DNA of 63,517 bases, filler included, from Rhabdomonas costata (GCA_019059605.1; 56 parts of 56 records of this genome joined end to end with filler, not necessarily neighbours in it), one strand, 5' to 3'. Positions 25,310 to 38,546 are shown, counted from the whole stretch's first letter. Numbers and translations: made by a program. The notes: generated from the letters alone by a model not told the origin.

Positions 25310-26795
25310 ACTTCAAGCGCCAGCACAAGCTGTGCATCATGGAATGTTGGGCAAGAACCCAACGGACAAGGACCGTTCCCTTAGTCCCGGCGGCTGGCGG
25401 TGTACGATGAAGCCCCAGAAAGCCCGAAGGCGAAGAACCCCGAGAAACAGCAAAAAGGCAGAAAATGAAGGAGTAGCCAAGGCCGGAGTAGGAAATTGAC
25501 TCTTCACCAATGGGAATGGAATTGTAGTGGTGCATGCAAAAAGGGTGGATTTCGCGCTGTTCGGGGTTGCCGGAGTTGAGTTCGTAGGGTGCAGCTCAAG
25601 CGGTATTGTGAGAGTTTAGCGGTGGAGCTGTGCATCTTCTCAGCTTGACTTTGCCCTTGCAACACAGCAGCTCCTCGCTTCTGGGCGCCCACAGCCCCGG
25701 CAAGCCTCCGAACGGGTGGTGGCTTTCACTCACCCCCACCTACCCTTTTGACGGAGTGGACCGCAGTGCGGAACGGACTGCTCTCGCCCGCTGCGGCCGA
25801 GCGCGGGCGCGCCCCTTTTGAGCAGTCCTCAACTGCACTGATGACTACGTCTTCCTTTACGGCCCTTTCTCCTCCTGGCTCGGGCTCCCGCTCAACTGGG
25901 GTCACCGTCCTTCCAGCCCTCGGGTTGATTTTTTGAGGCCACTGTGCGATCTTGTAAAACGAGACGAGATCACCTTTGGAGAGGGCACGGCATTCGCGTC
26001 AGCAGTGTCGCCTAAGTCTAGACCATCACCAACAACCNNNNNNNNNNNNNNNNNNNNNNNNNNNNNNNNNNNNNNNNNNNNTTAATTAATTAANNNNNNN
26101 NNNNNNNNNNNNNNNNNNNNNNNNNNNNNNNNNNNNNGGTGGTGGTGGTGGCCGTTGCCCAGACCCCCCCGCTGTGGCTGCTACGAAGAGTTGGCAAGGG
26201 CATGCTGCAGGTGCGTGGTCAACGCTCCCGCGTGAAACAGGAATCCGAGAATCACCTGTTTGCTTTGTGGCTTTGTGCGTTGAATGAGTGAAAATGAGGA
26301 TGGAACCTCTTCGGGGGTGTTGTACATGTTGTATACGAATAGTGTTGTCCATTTTGCCACTTAACCAGAACTAAGTGGTACATCAACAACTAATCATCTT
26401 TGTTAGTATCTCTCTATTCCCCTTTTTCACCCATGTCAAGCTTCCGTTAGACAAATCCTCTGGTGCATCGCACTGCACCATGCACTTTCATGGGATGCTT
26501 GCTGAGTTGAAGTGAGAGCGTTGTGGTTTCAAGGTGCGTCACCCTTCTCCCAATTTCCCTGCGTTCCTTAGCAGTCACCCCCACTGATGACTAGCACCGC
26601 ACTACCGAATCGCCATTTTCAGTGCTCTGCTTGGTGCGGTATGTCTGAAAGGAGAGGCACAGACGAGTCTCAGGACGAATTGAAGAGCGGCGCAGTGCAA
26701 CGTCGACCCCGAGGCGCTTTGGGTTTTTTGCTCACAAGATACAGCCGTTTTCCGTGTACTCTTTTGGATTTTTGGATGTTTGGATGCATTCTAAG

Positions 26796-27044
26796 GGTGA
26801 GCGCCTTGGAGACATCCTCGAGGAGCTTGCCCAAGGGCACCTCCAGCAGATGCTCACAGGCGGCTCGCAGTTGCTGATGACGGTCTACGGGATCCCAGCG
26901 TGCCTGAACAGCCTGTGCCCCACGCAGTTCGTGGTGGGAGGCGGCGGCGAGCCCTCCCCGACGGCGGCGCGGATGTTCCGAGGCCGCGCATTGGTGGGGC
27001 TCAGCCCCCTTACCACGTGGTTCGACTACCCGCTCAGCGAGCCG
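26796..27044 (+). CDS. Probable internal exon of unknown protein
   Basis: AAG acceptor, CCG|GTGTGT donor, GC-rich 249-nt frame GERLGDILEELAQGHLQQMLTGG...TWFDYPLSEP. Confidence 0.55.
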
Positions 27045-27694
27045 GTGTGTGCTTCCCGATTACTGTGTAGCAGTTATGCAACGGTGCATTGCGTGCATCC
27101 TTCCCTCCTAACGACCCTACAGCAGAAGCAGCGTGGTCACACCCCAAAAAGGGTTCAATCATAAAACACCCACNNNNNNNNNNNNNNNNNNNNNNNNNNN
27201 NNNNNNNNNNNNNNNNNTTAATTAATTAANNNNNNNNNNNNNNNNNNNNNNNNNNNNNNNNNNNNNNNNNNNNCGCAGGGCAGGCGTTCGACAGCTTGCA
27301 CCTCAACGTTTTGTTTTTGATTTAGGATATGCTTGATTTGCAGTGGACCCTCACACCGATGCATTCGCTCACGAATATTCTCCTGTATTCACACCAGGAG
27401 CACCAGTCAGCAGGTGCCCCACAGGTGCCTCCATCCGTGACGCAGCCAGTGGAGGGCAAATGAGGACAGAGCAGTCGCAGGGGAGAGACCAGCTCTGATT
27501 AAATGCACACATTATACCTAAACATTATACGGCACCTTTGTGCTGCATACCATATCCTCCGCATACAGCTGCACACAGTCCCACGTGCGCACACAATATG
27601 AGCGGAAGACAACAGTCCGAGCTCCAAGACGATGCCTTCGCATCAGTCAGAACAACCAGCGCGCCTTGTACCTAACACCCCTGCGCTCATCCAG

Positions 27695-28309
27695 GATGCT
27701 GCTGAGCCGGTTCGCGCACCGGCTGAGCTTTAGCGTGGAGTCGCACGGCGGAGGGCCGGGTCACAACATGAGCTACGCCCCTTTCCTGGTGCAGATGGCC
27801 CTGTTCCTGCTGGACGACTTTGATTCCACCACATCCAGGTAGAGCTGCGTACTGTGCCGCAGTTTTCAAGGAACGCTACTATCGGCAGGTACCCCTCCTT
27901 TTTGATTTCGCCGAACTAAAGGATATGCCCAGTGTCAGACCCTAACAACGAAAGCATATCGTGCATGTAAGCGCTGCAAATGCCCGGACGATGTCGCCAC
28001 CACCGCCCTCCCTCCGCGAGCACCGCTCTGCCCGGATCGCCGACCTGCATTTGTGTAGGCAGAGATCGTTCGTTCCCATTTTCAAAACACGCCCCAACAA
28101 TTGAAAGGTCGTCCGTTTCAGTTGGGCGCAGTGAGGGACGCACTGAAAACCAATGCTGGTCTGGCCGGTGTGATGGGACGGCGGCCAACAGGCCAACCGT
28201 CCCACTCACATTATGATTATTGTCCCTGTCCCCCATCCCCATTCCCATCCATGCCTTTCTACTTTCTAGGGCGCTGTACGAGAGGCAGTTGGTGACCACC
28301 CTGCTCAGC
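27695..28309 (+). CDS. UBR4: UBR4/BIG (p600) E3 ligase C-terminal region, two exons (27695-27838, 28270-28309), partial
   Basis: MLLSRFAHRLSFSVESHGGGPGHNMSYAPFLVQMALFLL matches the UBR4/BIG L..RFA...SFS.D..GGG..SN..L.P...HM motif; CCTAAC branch-like site, CAG acceptor, AG|GTAGAG donor, phase-2 compatible next exon. Confidence 0.8.
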
Positions 28310-29601
28310 NNNNNNNNNNNNNNNNNNNNNNNNNNNNNNNNNNNNNNNNNNNNTTAATTAATTAANNNNNNNNNNNNNNNNNNNNNNNNNNNNNNNNNNN
28401 NNNNNNNNNGTTGTGGGTGCCCCCTTTGCACCCTCCGGCTGCAGTGGGCAAGAAGCGGCACAAGATTGTACAGTATATATATGAGCCGGAAGCTATATGA
28501 GCTGGAAGTGACTGGCCTGGGGTGCAAGGACCAGCGCGCAGCCGTTTCCTGTGCTTCGGCTTAAGCCCCAGGATCTGCTAGCCGTTGTTACGAAGCATTG
28601 CAAAGGCAACATACTGACACAGTTTTCTTTCATAGCATCCGACTTTTTGGCGTGCTTCAGGAATTTTGGCCTTTTTCGGGCATTAAAACAGCTTTATGAG
28701 TGATCTCGCCTTTGAGTTTCCGTGACCTTTTTTTTCGCAGAATTTTCATTTCAGCTGCAACTCGCACTGCTAACACCTGCACCGTATTTGAGATGACAAA
28801 GATTTTGACTCTTGGTTACGATGAGTATCAGATGGGTGCAAAAGCATGGTCTGTGTGTGTGTGTGTGTGGTCACAGGGCCGGCCCGAGCTCCACCAATGG
28901 GCCTCTGCGCTGCTACGGGGTGAGGTGTGGGAGGCAGCACGGAAGGCATTGCATGGACTGCGGGATTTCTGGGGGACGCACCCCTTGCCAACTCCGAAGA
29001 GCGTTCTGTGGGGCCGTGTTCTGCGGGTGTGGATGAGGCTTTTGTGTATTCAGTGGGTTGGGGGCTTTTTCCCCGCCAGCTATGATACAAACGCACAGTA
29101 GCAGAGCCCAGATCCTTGATATGAGGTCAAGCAGGAAACAGAATGAAGGCATCTGCACACCTGTTTATTTTGGCGCGTTCACCGTGCTGCTGTTCGTGCC
29201 GGACAGCACGACCAGCATGAGGTGAGGGTGTGCGCCGTGCCGATACACGCACACACGCACGCACATCCTTTTTCTCCTCTCCTCCTCATCGCCTCTCTGT
29301 CCGATGATACAAGGTTTTCTGTCGTCTCCCTCGTTATCTTCACAACCAATTCCTCTCATTCCTTCTTTCATGCGGCTCGCTGGTGAGGTCCCAAATGCGA
29401 CACAGGTCGGCCTGGTCACCAGAGACGTGGCGCCGCACCTCCCCCNNNNNNNNNNNNNNNNNNNNNNNNNNNNNNNNNNNNNNNNNNNNTTAATTAATTA
29501 ANNNNNNNNNNNNNNNNNNNNNNNNNNNNNNNNNNNNNNNNNNNNGGGGTTTGGGGGCCAGTACAATTCCAATGCTACTCTAACTCCAAATTGTCCTCTT
29601 A

Positions 29602-30052
29602 CCTCCTTCCTCTTTGGCTTCCGAAGGGAGCGGCGGCAAAACCAACAAATCCCACCACGCGCATCCACACAGATTGTACCAAAAACCCGCGCAGAAACAC
29701 ACCACACCACCTGCACTTCTGTAATATAAGAAAAAGGGGGCAACCTCTTGGATACTGGCGCTCACTCCTTTTTCGTCGGTCGGGTTTTTCTTCCTCGATC
29801 CTCTCTGCTTCTTTGATCTCCTTGGCTGTCGGCGGCCTTGTTCTTGATGGGCTTCTTCGTCTCACTGGCCTGTCTTCGTTCTCCTTAGAATCCTTCCTTC
29901 CAAAAAAAAACTCGGACAAAACTCTCCTCTCGAACCTCGATCGACGGAATGATGCCCACCAACACCTCTTGATCTCATCCGCTCTTGAATCCACGCCTTC
30001 CTGGCTGCCATCTTCCTTGCTTGCATCCTTCACTTCACGTCTCTCTCTCATC
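29602..30052 (-). repeat. Dispersed purine-rich repeat, family B copy 2 (longer middle section)
   Basis: Both ends homologous to 25002-25309. Confidence 0.85.
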
Positions 30053-31879
30053 ACATTGCCTCTATTTTCTTTTCTGGACTGCTACACACCTCCCCTACAC
30101 TTCTCTAGTCACACCTACATGACTTCTCTCTCTTGGCACACCTACGTGATCTGGGCCGTGACAGGGTTGCGGTAGTCTGAACCACGTACGTGAATCTGGG
30201 GGTCTTGGCTCACTAAAAATGACTGCACAGGTTTTGTTAGAAGAAGATGTGGTTGCCTGTGGCCAAGAAGGGGAGTGGTGGCGCACCCATTTTCTATCGC
30301 GGAGGGGGAGTCACTTTCAGGAGAATTTCTTCTCCCTGAAAAGCGGTAGTGAAAAAGCGGTAGAAATAAACAAAAACCTTCGAAATAAAGCCCCTTTAAT
30401 TCAAATTCGTTAGAAAAAAACAAAAATTGGACACAAAAGTCGGTAGGAAGGACAAAAAAGGAAATTCACACTGCCGAGGCCGGTAGGTCGCACAGAACCT
30501 CTGCTACCAGATGAGAGGTCTCGGTTTCCCGAACCTGGTACTCTCAGTGCACGGTTTACTAATACTTGCTTACTGTACAAANNNNNNNNNNNNNNNNNNN
30601 NNNNNNNNNNNNNNNNNNNNNNNNNTTAATTAATTAANNNNNNNNNNNNNNNNNNNNNNNNNNNNNNNNNNNNNNNNNNNNGTTTTTTTGTCAGATTATC
30701 GAAGTCTTCACGGATGTCATCACAGAAGACTTCGATAATCTGACTAAAAAATACAAACATGACTGCTTCTTCAAAAATATGAGTTTACACGAGTGAAAAA
30801 TTTGAATTCCCAAATTTGGGTGCCAAGCCCCACTTTCCTTCGGATAAAGTTAGGTTTATTTTTCGTAATTTTTTTAAATTAATTTGTAGTAAAATTGCTG
30901 TCCCAGAAAGCCCCAGAACTTTATTTTACATACTTGCGCACTTTAGCATTGGGGGAAAGTCGTCGGAGGGTCGCCTGACACAGCCATTCCTTGAACATTA
31001 AAACTACAATAAATAATTCTTTAAAACTAATTTTTAAAAGCAAATCTGCATTCCTTTTTTTGCAGAAGGACCTATGCTCGTGTGTCATCGGGGAAATAAG
31101 TCGGCTTATGCAGAAAGGGACCAACCAAACATGAAAACAATAGGGGAGGGAAAAAGCCGGGGTGTTGACTTTTCAAGAGGAATCCGCTGGAGACTGGAGA
31201 CTTCCAATGACATGTCAAAATCCGTCACAAATCTCCAAAATCCAGCACAAATCTAATCTAATCTAAGTCAACGTGTTGCTTTCATAACCTGTTTACCACG
31301 GGAGGGGCATTTCCTTTAACTTCTGATGAAGTTCGAGAGTGCTGGGCAGCAGCGGCGTTGCCTTGAGCTGGTTCGGCACTGTGGTTACCCAGCCAGGTTT
31401 CTGGGTTTTTTCACTGATCCAGACCTGCAGGTCGAAGTGGGGACGTAACGTCGGAGCCCCGGGCTCCCAGTGTCTGCCGGAGATTAGTGCGCGGCTTGTT
31501 CGTACTCGCCTCTGCCGGTGGAAAACCTTCTAATGACCTTCCTTCTGTTCACTGCCCAAACATGAATTCTCACATGAAGTCTTCAGTTGCTTTTTTGTTG
31601 TGGTGTTTGCACAATGGCCAGTCACCCACCTGTGCACATCTTGAAATGGCTGGATCACCGCTCGCGGAGGTCCGTGCCCCCTGTGTCTTTTTTTAAATAA
31701 AAAATCTAAACCACAACNNNNNNNNNNNNNNNNNNNNNNNNNNNNNNNNNNNNNNNNNNNNTTAATTAATTAANNNNNNNNNNNNNNNNNNNNNNNNNNN
31801 NNNNNNNNNNNNNNNNNTTGTTTGGGTCGAGCCTGTATTGTGAAAGGTTGTGCAGAAAGGGGCGCTTGTGTTGTTTTAG

Positions 31880-32176
31880 GCAACGGAATTCAAAGGCTGG
31901 CCTGGAGACACCTACCTGTGGCCAACAGAGGCTGAGCTCCTGGGCCCACGGGGCAAAGGACATGCCAAGTCCCACTTGAAGGATACGATCACGGGGCGCC
32001 CTGTCGTTGGTCGCCCTGGCGGCGGGGGCCCCGTTGTGCATCCCCCTGCGCAGGCACCGGCGGGCGGAATCCTGTCCTATTTTGTCGTGTTTGTGATGGG
32101 CGCTTGTGCTGGGGTGGCCTTGCTCTTTGTCCACCAGCGCGTGCCACGTCTCCGGTACACCGCTCTTGGGGAGTGA
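31880..32176 (+). CDS. Terminal exon of a single-pass membrane protein
   Basis: ttttag acceptor; ...GILSYFVVFVMGACAGVALLFVHQ (TM helix), short basic tail with YTAL (YxxL sorting-type motif), TGA. Confidence 0.6.
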   Translation, partial: ATEFKGWPGDTYLWPTEAELLGPRGKGHAKSHLKDTITGRPVVGRPGGGGPVVHPPAQAPAGGILSYFVVFVMGACAGVALLFVHQRVPRLRYTALGE

Positions 32177-33240
32177 ATGGTTGGGCTAGTCTGCTTCTCA
32201 GCTTGATATGTTGTGCTAGTGCTTGTGTGTTTTGGCTGAACTAATTGTTATTCTTGCAGGGTTACTTTTCCTCGACTCCAGTTTTGGATCTCCGTGAACT
32301 ACTTTGGTTCTTGGGCCTGTTTTTCACTGTGAGTGCAATGGTTTCGGTTGGTTTCTCTCTATTGAAAATCCAATAATGGTGCGGGATTTGCGGACTTTGT
32401 GAGCCATGCCGTAGGTGAGTGCCACCGGGTGCCCTCTTCCATGATCTCTTCCATGATGATCCAGCGTGATATCTGCACTCCAGGACTGCTTTCCAAAACG
32501 TCAATCCCTATGCCCTGCACTTAGCCAAGCTCACCCTTGGTCATGAGCTTTGCACGCGCAGGTCGCGGCAGTGAGACGAGCGTCTCCACCGAAGAAGTGA
32601 CAGGAAAAGAGCGGATGGGTTGAGCTCCGGCAAGGCTCTGGTCCAGTGCGCTGTCCAACTGCAGATATTTGCCGATGCTTTCCAAACCAATTGTCTGCTG
32701 CGTTTTCTTTTCTTCTTCTTTTTTTTTTTGCTTTGCTTTGTTTGCTTCTGGCAGACGAAGTTTCCTCTTTTTGCACAGTGCAGTTTATACAGCACCAATG
32801 TCTCACATCCCTTAAGGTAGATTCCCGCCCCCTCTTTCCGCACCACCCACNNNNNNNNNNNNNNNNNNNNNNNNNNNNNNNNNNNNNNNNNNNNTTAATT
32901 AATTAANNNNNNNNNNNNNNNNNNNNNNNNNNNNNNNNNNNNNNNNNNNNTGTTTTGTTGAAATTCTTACTTGTACGAGTAAACCTTCACCCAGACCGAA
33001 ACAAATCGCGCAGTAAGGGTTTCCAAACGCGAAACAGCACTGGCGCTGTTCCGACGAGTTTAAGCTCTGCACCAAGAACGGATGTGAGCACCAACCCAAG
33101 GAAAACCACCCCTTCAGGGCAAGGGTTCTGCAGAATTGTCTGCTCAGGTAAAAGGATGGGTAAACGGGTAGCACCGGTATCTACAGGCGCTGCCGTGCCA
33201 GCAGATCACTTTGCGTTGCGTTGCGGGCTATTCCTGCCCT

Positions 33241-33567
33241 CTACCGCTGAACCTCCTGTATCTCGCAACCCTCACTGACTAATTGCCCTGGTGCGTCTGC
33301 GATTACTGTCGATTCCCGTTTGGTGGTAGCATAAGGGCTCTGGTTTCTGGTTGCGATGCTCGATGGTCCGTTTGTACCTTTGCGCACTGGGTCCGTCTCT
33401 ACGCGGGTTCGTTCTAGGTGCTCCGCCCTCGGGTGCACAAAGGGACAGCGTTGGAACTTGCATGATGTCCCGTGCCAGCATCGCACTCCTGGGCACATGT
33501 ACTCTGTGCTTTCGGCTGCGGCTTTCATGTCTCGCCCCTGGAGTCTAGGGGGTCCCTTTCCTGCCAT
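33241..33567 (-). CDS. ORF with a Nab2/ZC3H14-type CCCH zinc finger (boundaries uncertain)
   Basis: CWHGTSCKFQRCPFVHP = C-x5-C-x4-C-x3-H at 33480-33433. Confidence 0.5.
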   Translation of the reverse strand: MAGKGPPRLQGRDMKAAAESTEYMCPGVRCWHGTSCKFQRCPFVHPRAEHLERTRVETDPVRKGTNGPSSIATRNQSPYATTKRESTVIADAPGQLVSEGCEIQEVQR

Positions 33568-34087
33568 CGGCCTCTCCTGCTCAGCGTTTCTGTTCTCCCT
33601 GATTTCCCCAACCCCTCTCAGCTCTCCTCTCTCTCACATTCCGTGCCTCTCTCACTTGCTCCCGTTGCTGTTGCACTTTGTGTGTGTGCGCGCGCGCTTC
33701 TTTCACGACTTTTCATCACTAGCAAGCAGGCAAGCAAGCAACAAACACGACATTGCCTGTGTAAAAGAAACAAGTCTGCAAACTGGTGACACAAAACCAA
33801 GCGTTGCAACTTCATTCTTGCATTTCCCTCGGCAGGATAATGGGAAAAGGAGGAGCGGAAGGGGGACACTGTAGACACCTCAGACCAATTCAGCTGCGGC
33901 ACGATCTGCATCGCAGCTGGGCAGGGAGCCCATCTATGAGAGCAACGGGGGCCACAGTTGAAAAAAAAAATTCACCGCCCAACAGANNNNNNNNNNNNNN
34001 NNNNNNNNNNNNNNNNNNNNNNNNNNNNNNTTAATTAATTAANNNNNNNNNNNNNNNNNNNNNNNNNNNNNNNNNNNNNNNNNNNNG

Positions 34088-34088
<1 letters not shown>

Positions 34089-34159
<71 letters not shown>
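34089..34159 (+). repeat. (TG)n microsatellite
   Basis: About 35 TG units. Confidence 0.97.
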
Positions 34160-34162
<3 letters not shown>

Positions 34163-34520
34163 TGACTGTGTTTTCCCGACCTTTCGTTCTTTAACTGGCG
34201 TTTTCCTTTCCTTTTTGCTGTGGGCGTTTCATTGCCGACCGGTCCTTCTTTGTTTGTGTCAGAATGGCAAAGGACTTCCCCATGTTGACCAGCCTGCGCG
34301 CAGCGGGCTACACTGTGGAGGTGCGGCGAGGATTTCCGTTGGTTGGGTATTGGGAGGGCTTGTGGGTCCTCAGTTGTCCTTATACTGCCCTTCCCACCGG
34401 AACCCTCAACCAGCGACAATTTAGCTCTTCTTAGAACGCCCGTCCTTGGGTTTGCGAAGCATTGGGGGTGAGTAAAGTTCTCCCCTCTCTGTCTTCCCCC
34501 CAGTTTGCTTTGTTCTATAG

Positions 34521-34664
34521 CCCGCTGTTGGCAGTGAGGACACCACGGTGGTGGTTGAGGTTCCCGTTGACGTGGGCCCAGGCATCCGTGGCGTCGCCGA
34601 GGTGTCGATGTGGGAGCAGCTCTGCCTGGCTGCCTTCATGCAAAGGCACTGGGCGGACAACCAG
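34521..34664 (+). CDS. nrdJ: Exon of class II adenosylcobalamin-dependent ribonucleoside-triphosphate reductase (monomeric NrdJ type)
   Basis: ttgttctatag acceptor, CAG|GTTCAA donor. PAVGSEDTTVVVEVPVDVGPGIRGVAEVSMWEQLCLAAFMQRHWADNQ matches the C-terminal T.VV.FP / VS.WEQ..LA...Q..WADN(Q)VS motif. Absent from the ORF track. Confidence 0.85.
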
Positions 34665-37517
34665 GTTCAACTGCTGGGGATCATAGTGGGGAAATCATGG
34701 TGCCGGTGACAGTTAACATCTTCGAATGGGAGGCTTGGGGGACTGCAGAACGATCACAAACTCGAATCTCGAGCTTTTGTGTGCAACCCAGACCCAATTG
34801 TTTGCTAATCGTTGGACTTCATATATTCATTTGCTTTTGGATTGAACGAGGATATTCTAACCAACGGCACCAATAGCACCAAAGGCACATTTGTGCCCCG
34901 TGTCTCTCGAGCACAGTCCGCTATCCCTTCCCTTTTGGGACTGCCATGTGGGCCTGTCCAGCAACGATGTTCCACCTATGAGTCGCACTCTTCCCAGAGA
35001 TTGAACAGGGGCGCTGAGGTATGGGGTCCCGTTGCATTCTCCGCAGGGGTCACTTTGAATTTTTTGCTCCATTTGGGGAGCCGGCCGCGTTGCTTTCTCG
35101 AAATTCATGGGGGCATGTTTTACGTATCGAGTGTAAAAAAANNNNNNNNNNNNNNNNNNNNNNNNNNNNNNNNNNNNNNNNNNNNTTAATTAATTAANNN
35201 NNNNNNNNNNNNNNNNNNNNNNNNNNNNNNNNNNNNNNNNNGTCTCGTGAGTGAGAATTGTGTTTGTATAAGACTTGACTTCATCAACTCAAAAACATGT
35301 GCTGTTCTGGAAACAAACCACACTTCCTTCAATTCTGAGGTGTGTCATTTAATGGCGTAGACAGATTTTCACAGTGTTACATAAACACACTTATATGGGG
35401 CATTTATTTTAGAATTTAAAGTTTCACAAAAAGCTCCCTATGGTTTGTGGTGCATGTTATTGTGTAGCTGTGAATTTCATGGAACTTCGACTATTACAAC
35501 GGCTGCAGGTGTCCAGATAATGAGTAAATAAACAATGCTTATTCACCCTCATAAATTTAATCAGATTAGAACAAAATGTCTTCAATTATTCAATGACGTC
35601 ATGTGTTCAAATGTTATTATCTATTGGCAATGAAATTAGTCATTTTTTGTCATATACTGTATGCAGAATAGTGGAAGATTGTTGCTCCATAATGTCAAGA
35701 ATCGTGGACCAATGCGCTTTAAATCTATAGCATAATCCACCGTAACGTGAGAGTTTGCAGGATCAGTAAAAGAACTGGGTTTAGGTCTGAGAGGCACTAA
35801 ATCATGGAAGCCAGTGTGTCGGCTGATGCTTGTTGTTGATGTGAACGCAGTTCACACAAAACACGCCTATTGCATCTTCAAAAGGACTAATCATGTTCAT
35901 TAGGATGAAACTTCCTACTTGCACTGTGTATCATAACGTCTGAAAGAAGTGGGTATATACTCCTAGAAATCCACGCGCATTTGTAGCTCAAAGTTCCACT
36001 CAATACCGTACGTTGCTTCCAGGCCAAAACCACTTAAAATGGCTGCGCTCAATTTTGAGACTAGCTGCATAAAAACAGAGTAAAAAAGACTTCGTAATTT
36101 TTCAGTTTCCGTGTGTATATAGCCCTATTTTTAATTCGCCAGTTTTTAGTGAAACAGCGTAAATTCAAAGCGTTTGCTTAATAGAATTAGTACGCAATGT
36201 ATGTTCGTTCAAAACATTTTAACAAACACAAACCAAGAACACGAAAACAAGAAGGCCAAGAACCCCACTCCAACATNNNNNNNNNNNNNNNNNNNNNNNN
36301 NNNNNNNNNNNNNNNNNNNNTTAATTAATTAANNNNNNNNNNNNNNNNNNNNNNNNNNNNNNNNNNNNNNNNNNNNGTTTTTCGAAGGGGAGGGTGGTTG
36401 GGAGGGGGGGGGGTGATGCAGATTCTAATCGATGAGCAAACCCAGCAGACCAGGCCCATTCGGAGGTCCGTGCCTCCGCCCTTCTTCCACAGGTCCGCTT
36501 CATAAGCCCTTCCTCCCTGACGGGATGTGTAGAGGATGATTTATACCGAATGTACTTTGGCTTGTCACTACTGTGTGTAATGTTGCATACGTGCATTGTT
36601 TCGTACAAGTGTTACACGCGTGGCGCTGCGTCTGCCCCTTTTGTTTTGTTGTCAAGCAGGCGATTCTGATGCTTTAGGCGCCGAACGTTTTCAAGTGAGA
36701 ACACACCACCTCGAAAATATCCAATATTAACGTGGTCCTTGGGGCTCACGACATGGCAGACTTCCAAACCCTTTTCAAGGGATCCCCCAGGTCGAAACCC
36801 CGTTTCGGGGTGCCCAATGAAAGCCTTGCGTCATGCCTCGGAATCCAAGGAAAGGACCAAAACGCACAGAAGTCCAAGCTGCACTGTGCGCAGGTCCCGC
36901 GTGCTCCGTCTATACTTGACCCCAGAATGCGTTAAACTCCAGTAAACTCTGCATGATCTACCTTTGTTTGTTTTGCTTTGAGGGGCTTTCGTGGCCCTCG
37001 GCAAAGAGTGGTCCATAGCTTAGATTCCCTTGTTGTAGAACACCGTGCGAATGGGGTCACCCTTCTTCCCGCGGAGGTTCCGAAACTGCGGCTCCAGCCA
37101 TGACATGGACACGGTGGCGTACTGCGGAAACATACCTACCGCCGCAGGAAGGGCCAGCCAAAGGCAAGGCCAGCAAAACAAATGAGAAGTCAAACACCAG
37201 ACACTTTTTATAATAAATTAATAAAACAACGCATCTGCAGGCGGGAATGTCCGCACAGTCGTGGTGCCTGACACAAAAGCGCAAGAAAAATCGACATACA
37301 GCAATATTTCAGGAATATTTCTGTAGACCAAAAAGACATGCTGGGGAGATTTCGCCAGACTGCTGCAACAGGTGACCCCGTCAGGGTACTTTGCCGGTGC
37401 CCCCACAAAANNNNNNNNNNNNNNNNNNNNNNNNNNNNNNNNNNNNNNNNNNNNTTAATTAATTAANNNNNNNNNNNNNNNNNNNNNNNNNNNNNNNNNN
37501 NNNNNNNNNNTTTGTTG

Positions 37518-37547
37518 TTTCAGTTTCAGTTTCAGTTTCAGTTTCAG
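37518..37547 (+). repeat. (TTTCAG)5 microsatellite
   Basis: Five perfect hexamers. Confidence 0.9.
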
Positions 37548-38518
37548 CGGAGTGACCGTCTTCGACGGGTTCCCCCTCCCTTCTCAAAAGCAGACTGGCG
37601 GGAGGCTCGCGCCGTACGGGCGGGTGAACCGTGGGCACCCCGTTTGTGCGGGCATGCCCTTTGTCGTGACCCGTTTGGTTTTTTTTTCAATTTTTTTTCA
37701 AGTCCGCTTCCCATCTTTTCTTCCATGATGCCTTTTTATACTGTGTCCGTGACGGGAACGTGCGGTTGCTCCTCCCGCTACCTCCTCCACCCGCACTTAT
37801 CCCCGTTTTTCCCTGCAAGCTTGCCTCCTCAGTGAAGCAATTCCCTGGATATTGTGGACAAATGCATGATCACTTCTTTTGTCCCTGGTTTAACTGTGGG
37901 TCTTATGCTGCTCAGCCACAAACACACAAACACAGACAGACATCAAGCAAGCAGACAGGAACAGCAGAACACGACCTGTAGAAGTGTTCGAAGGACGAAA
38001 ATGTTCCGTGTGGGGGACTTTCGCGCTTGAAGAAAAGACTGGTGGCAGCCCCGTGCTTGACAATCTCAAAGCGATGTTGCTCGAATACCGAATGATTGGA
38101 TGCGCAGAAAACAACTGAGACACGGAAAAGACTCGTAACCTGAAATTCAACGCCAGATAAAGATCGAGAGGTGGGAGGCAGAAGCAAATAGACCCCGTGG
38201 GTGAAGTCTGCGGAAGCCCCTTTCGCCGTGTTGATGCCAAACTGCTCACGCCGGGACAAATAGGTCTCCAACAGAAGTCGAAAACTGACAAAGGCCAATA
38301 GAGAAGTGGTCAGCGCAAAAGCCCTCCAACTCGCCCTGAGTGAAAAAGAAATCAACAGCGCAAAAGGAGGAGTTAAAACCACACAACACCACATTGCGTG
38401 AAACCTTAAAGCCGAGACGGGGTAATACAAGCGCGTCAACTATCCATTGTTTAGACCACTGGAAAAAAATTCGTACATAATGCGGTCTTGCAAACGTGGA
38501 AAAAGAATTTTTCACCGT

Positions 38519-38546
38519 CACACACACACACACACACACACACACA
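38519..38546 (+). repeat. (CA)n microsatellite at contig end
   Basis: Uninterrupted CA run. Confidence 0.9.

Noticed and set aside
35700-35740. DLKRIGPRF on the minus strand resembling the Brix-domain motif
   Set aside because: Nine-residue match with no supporting context or exon structure.
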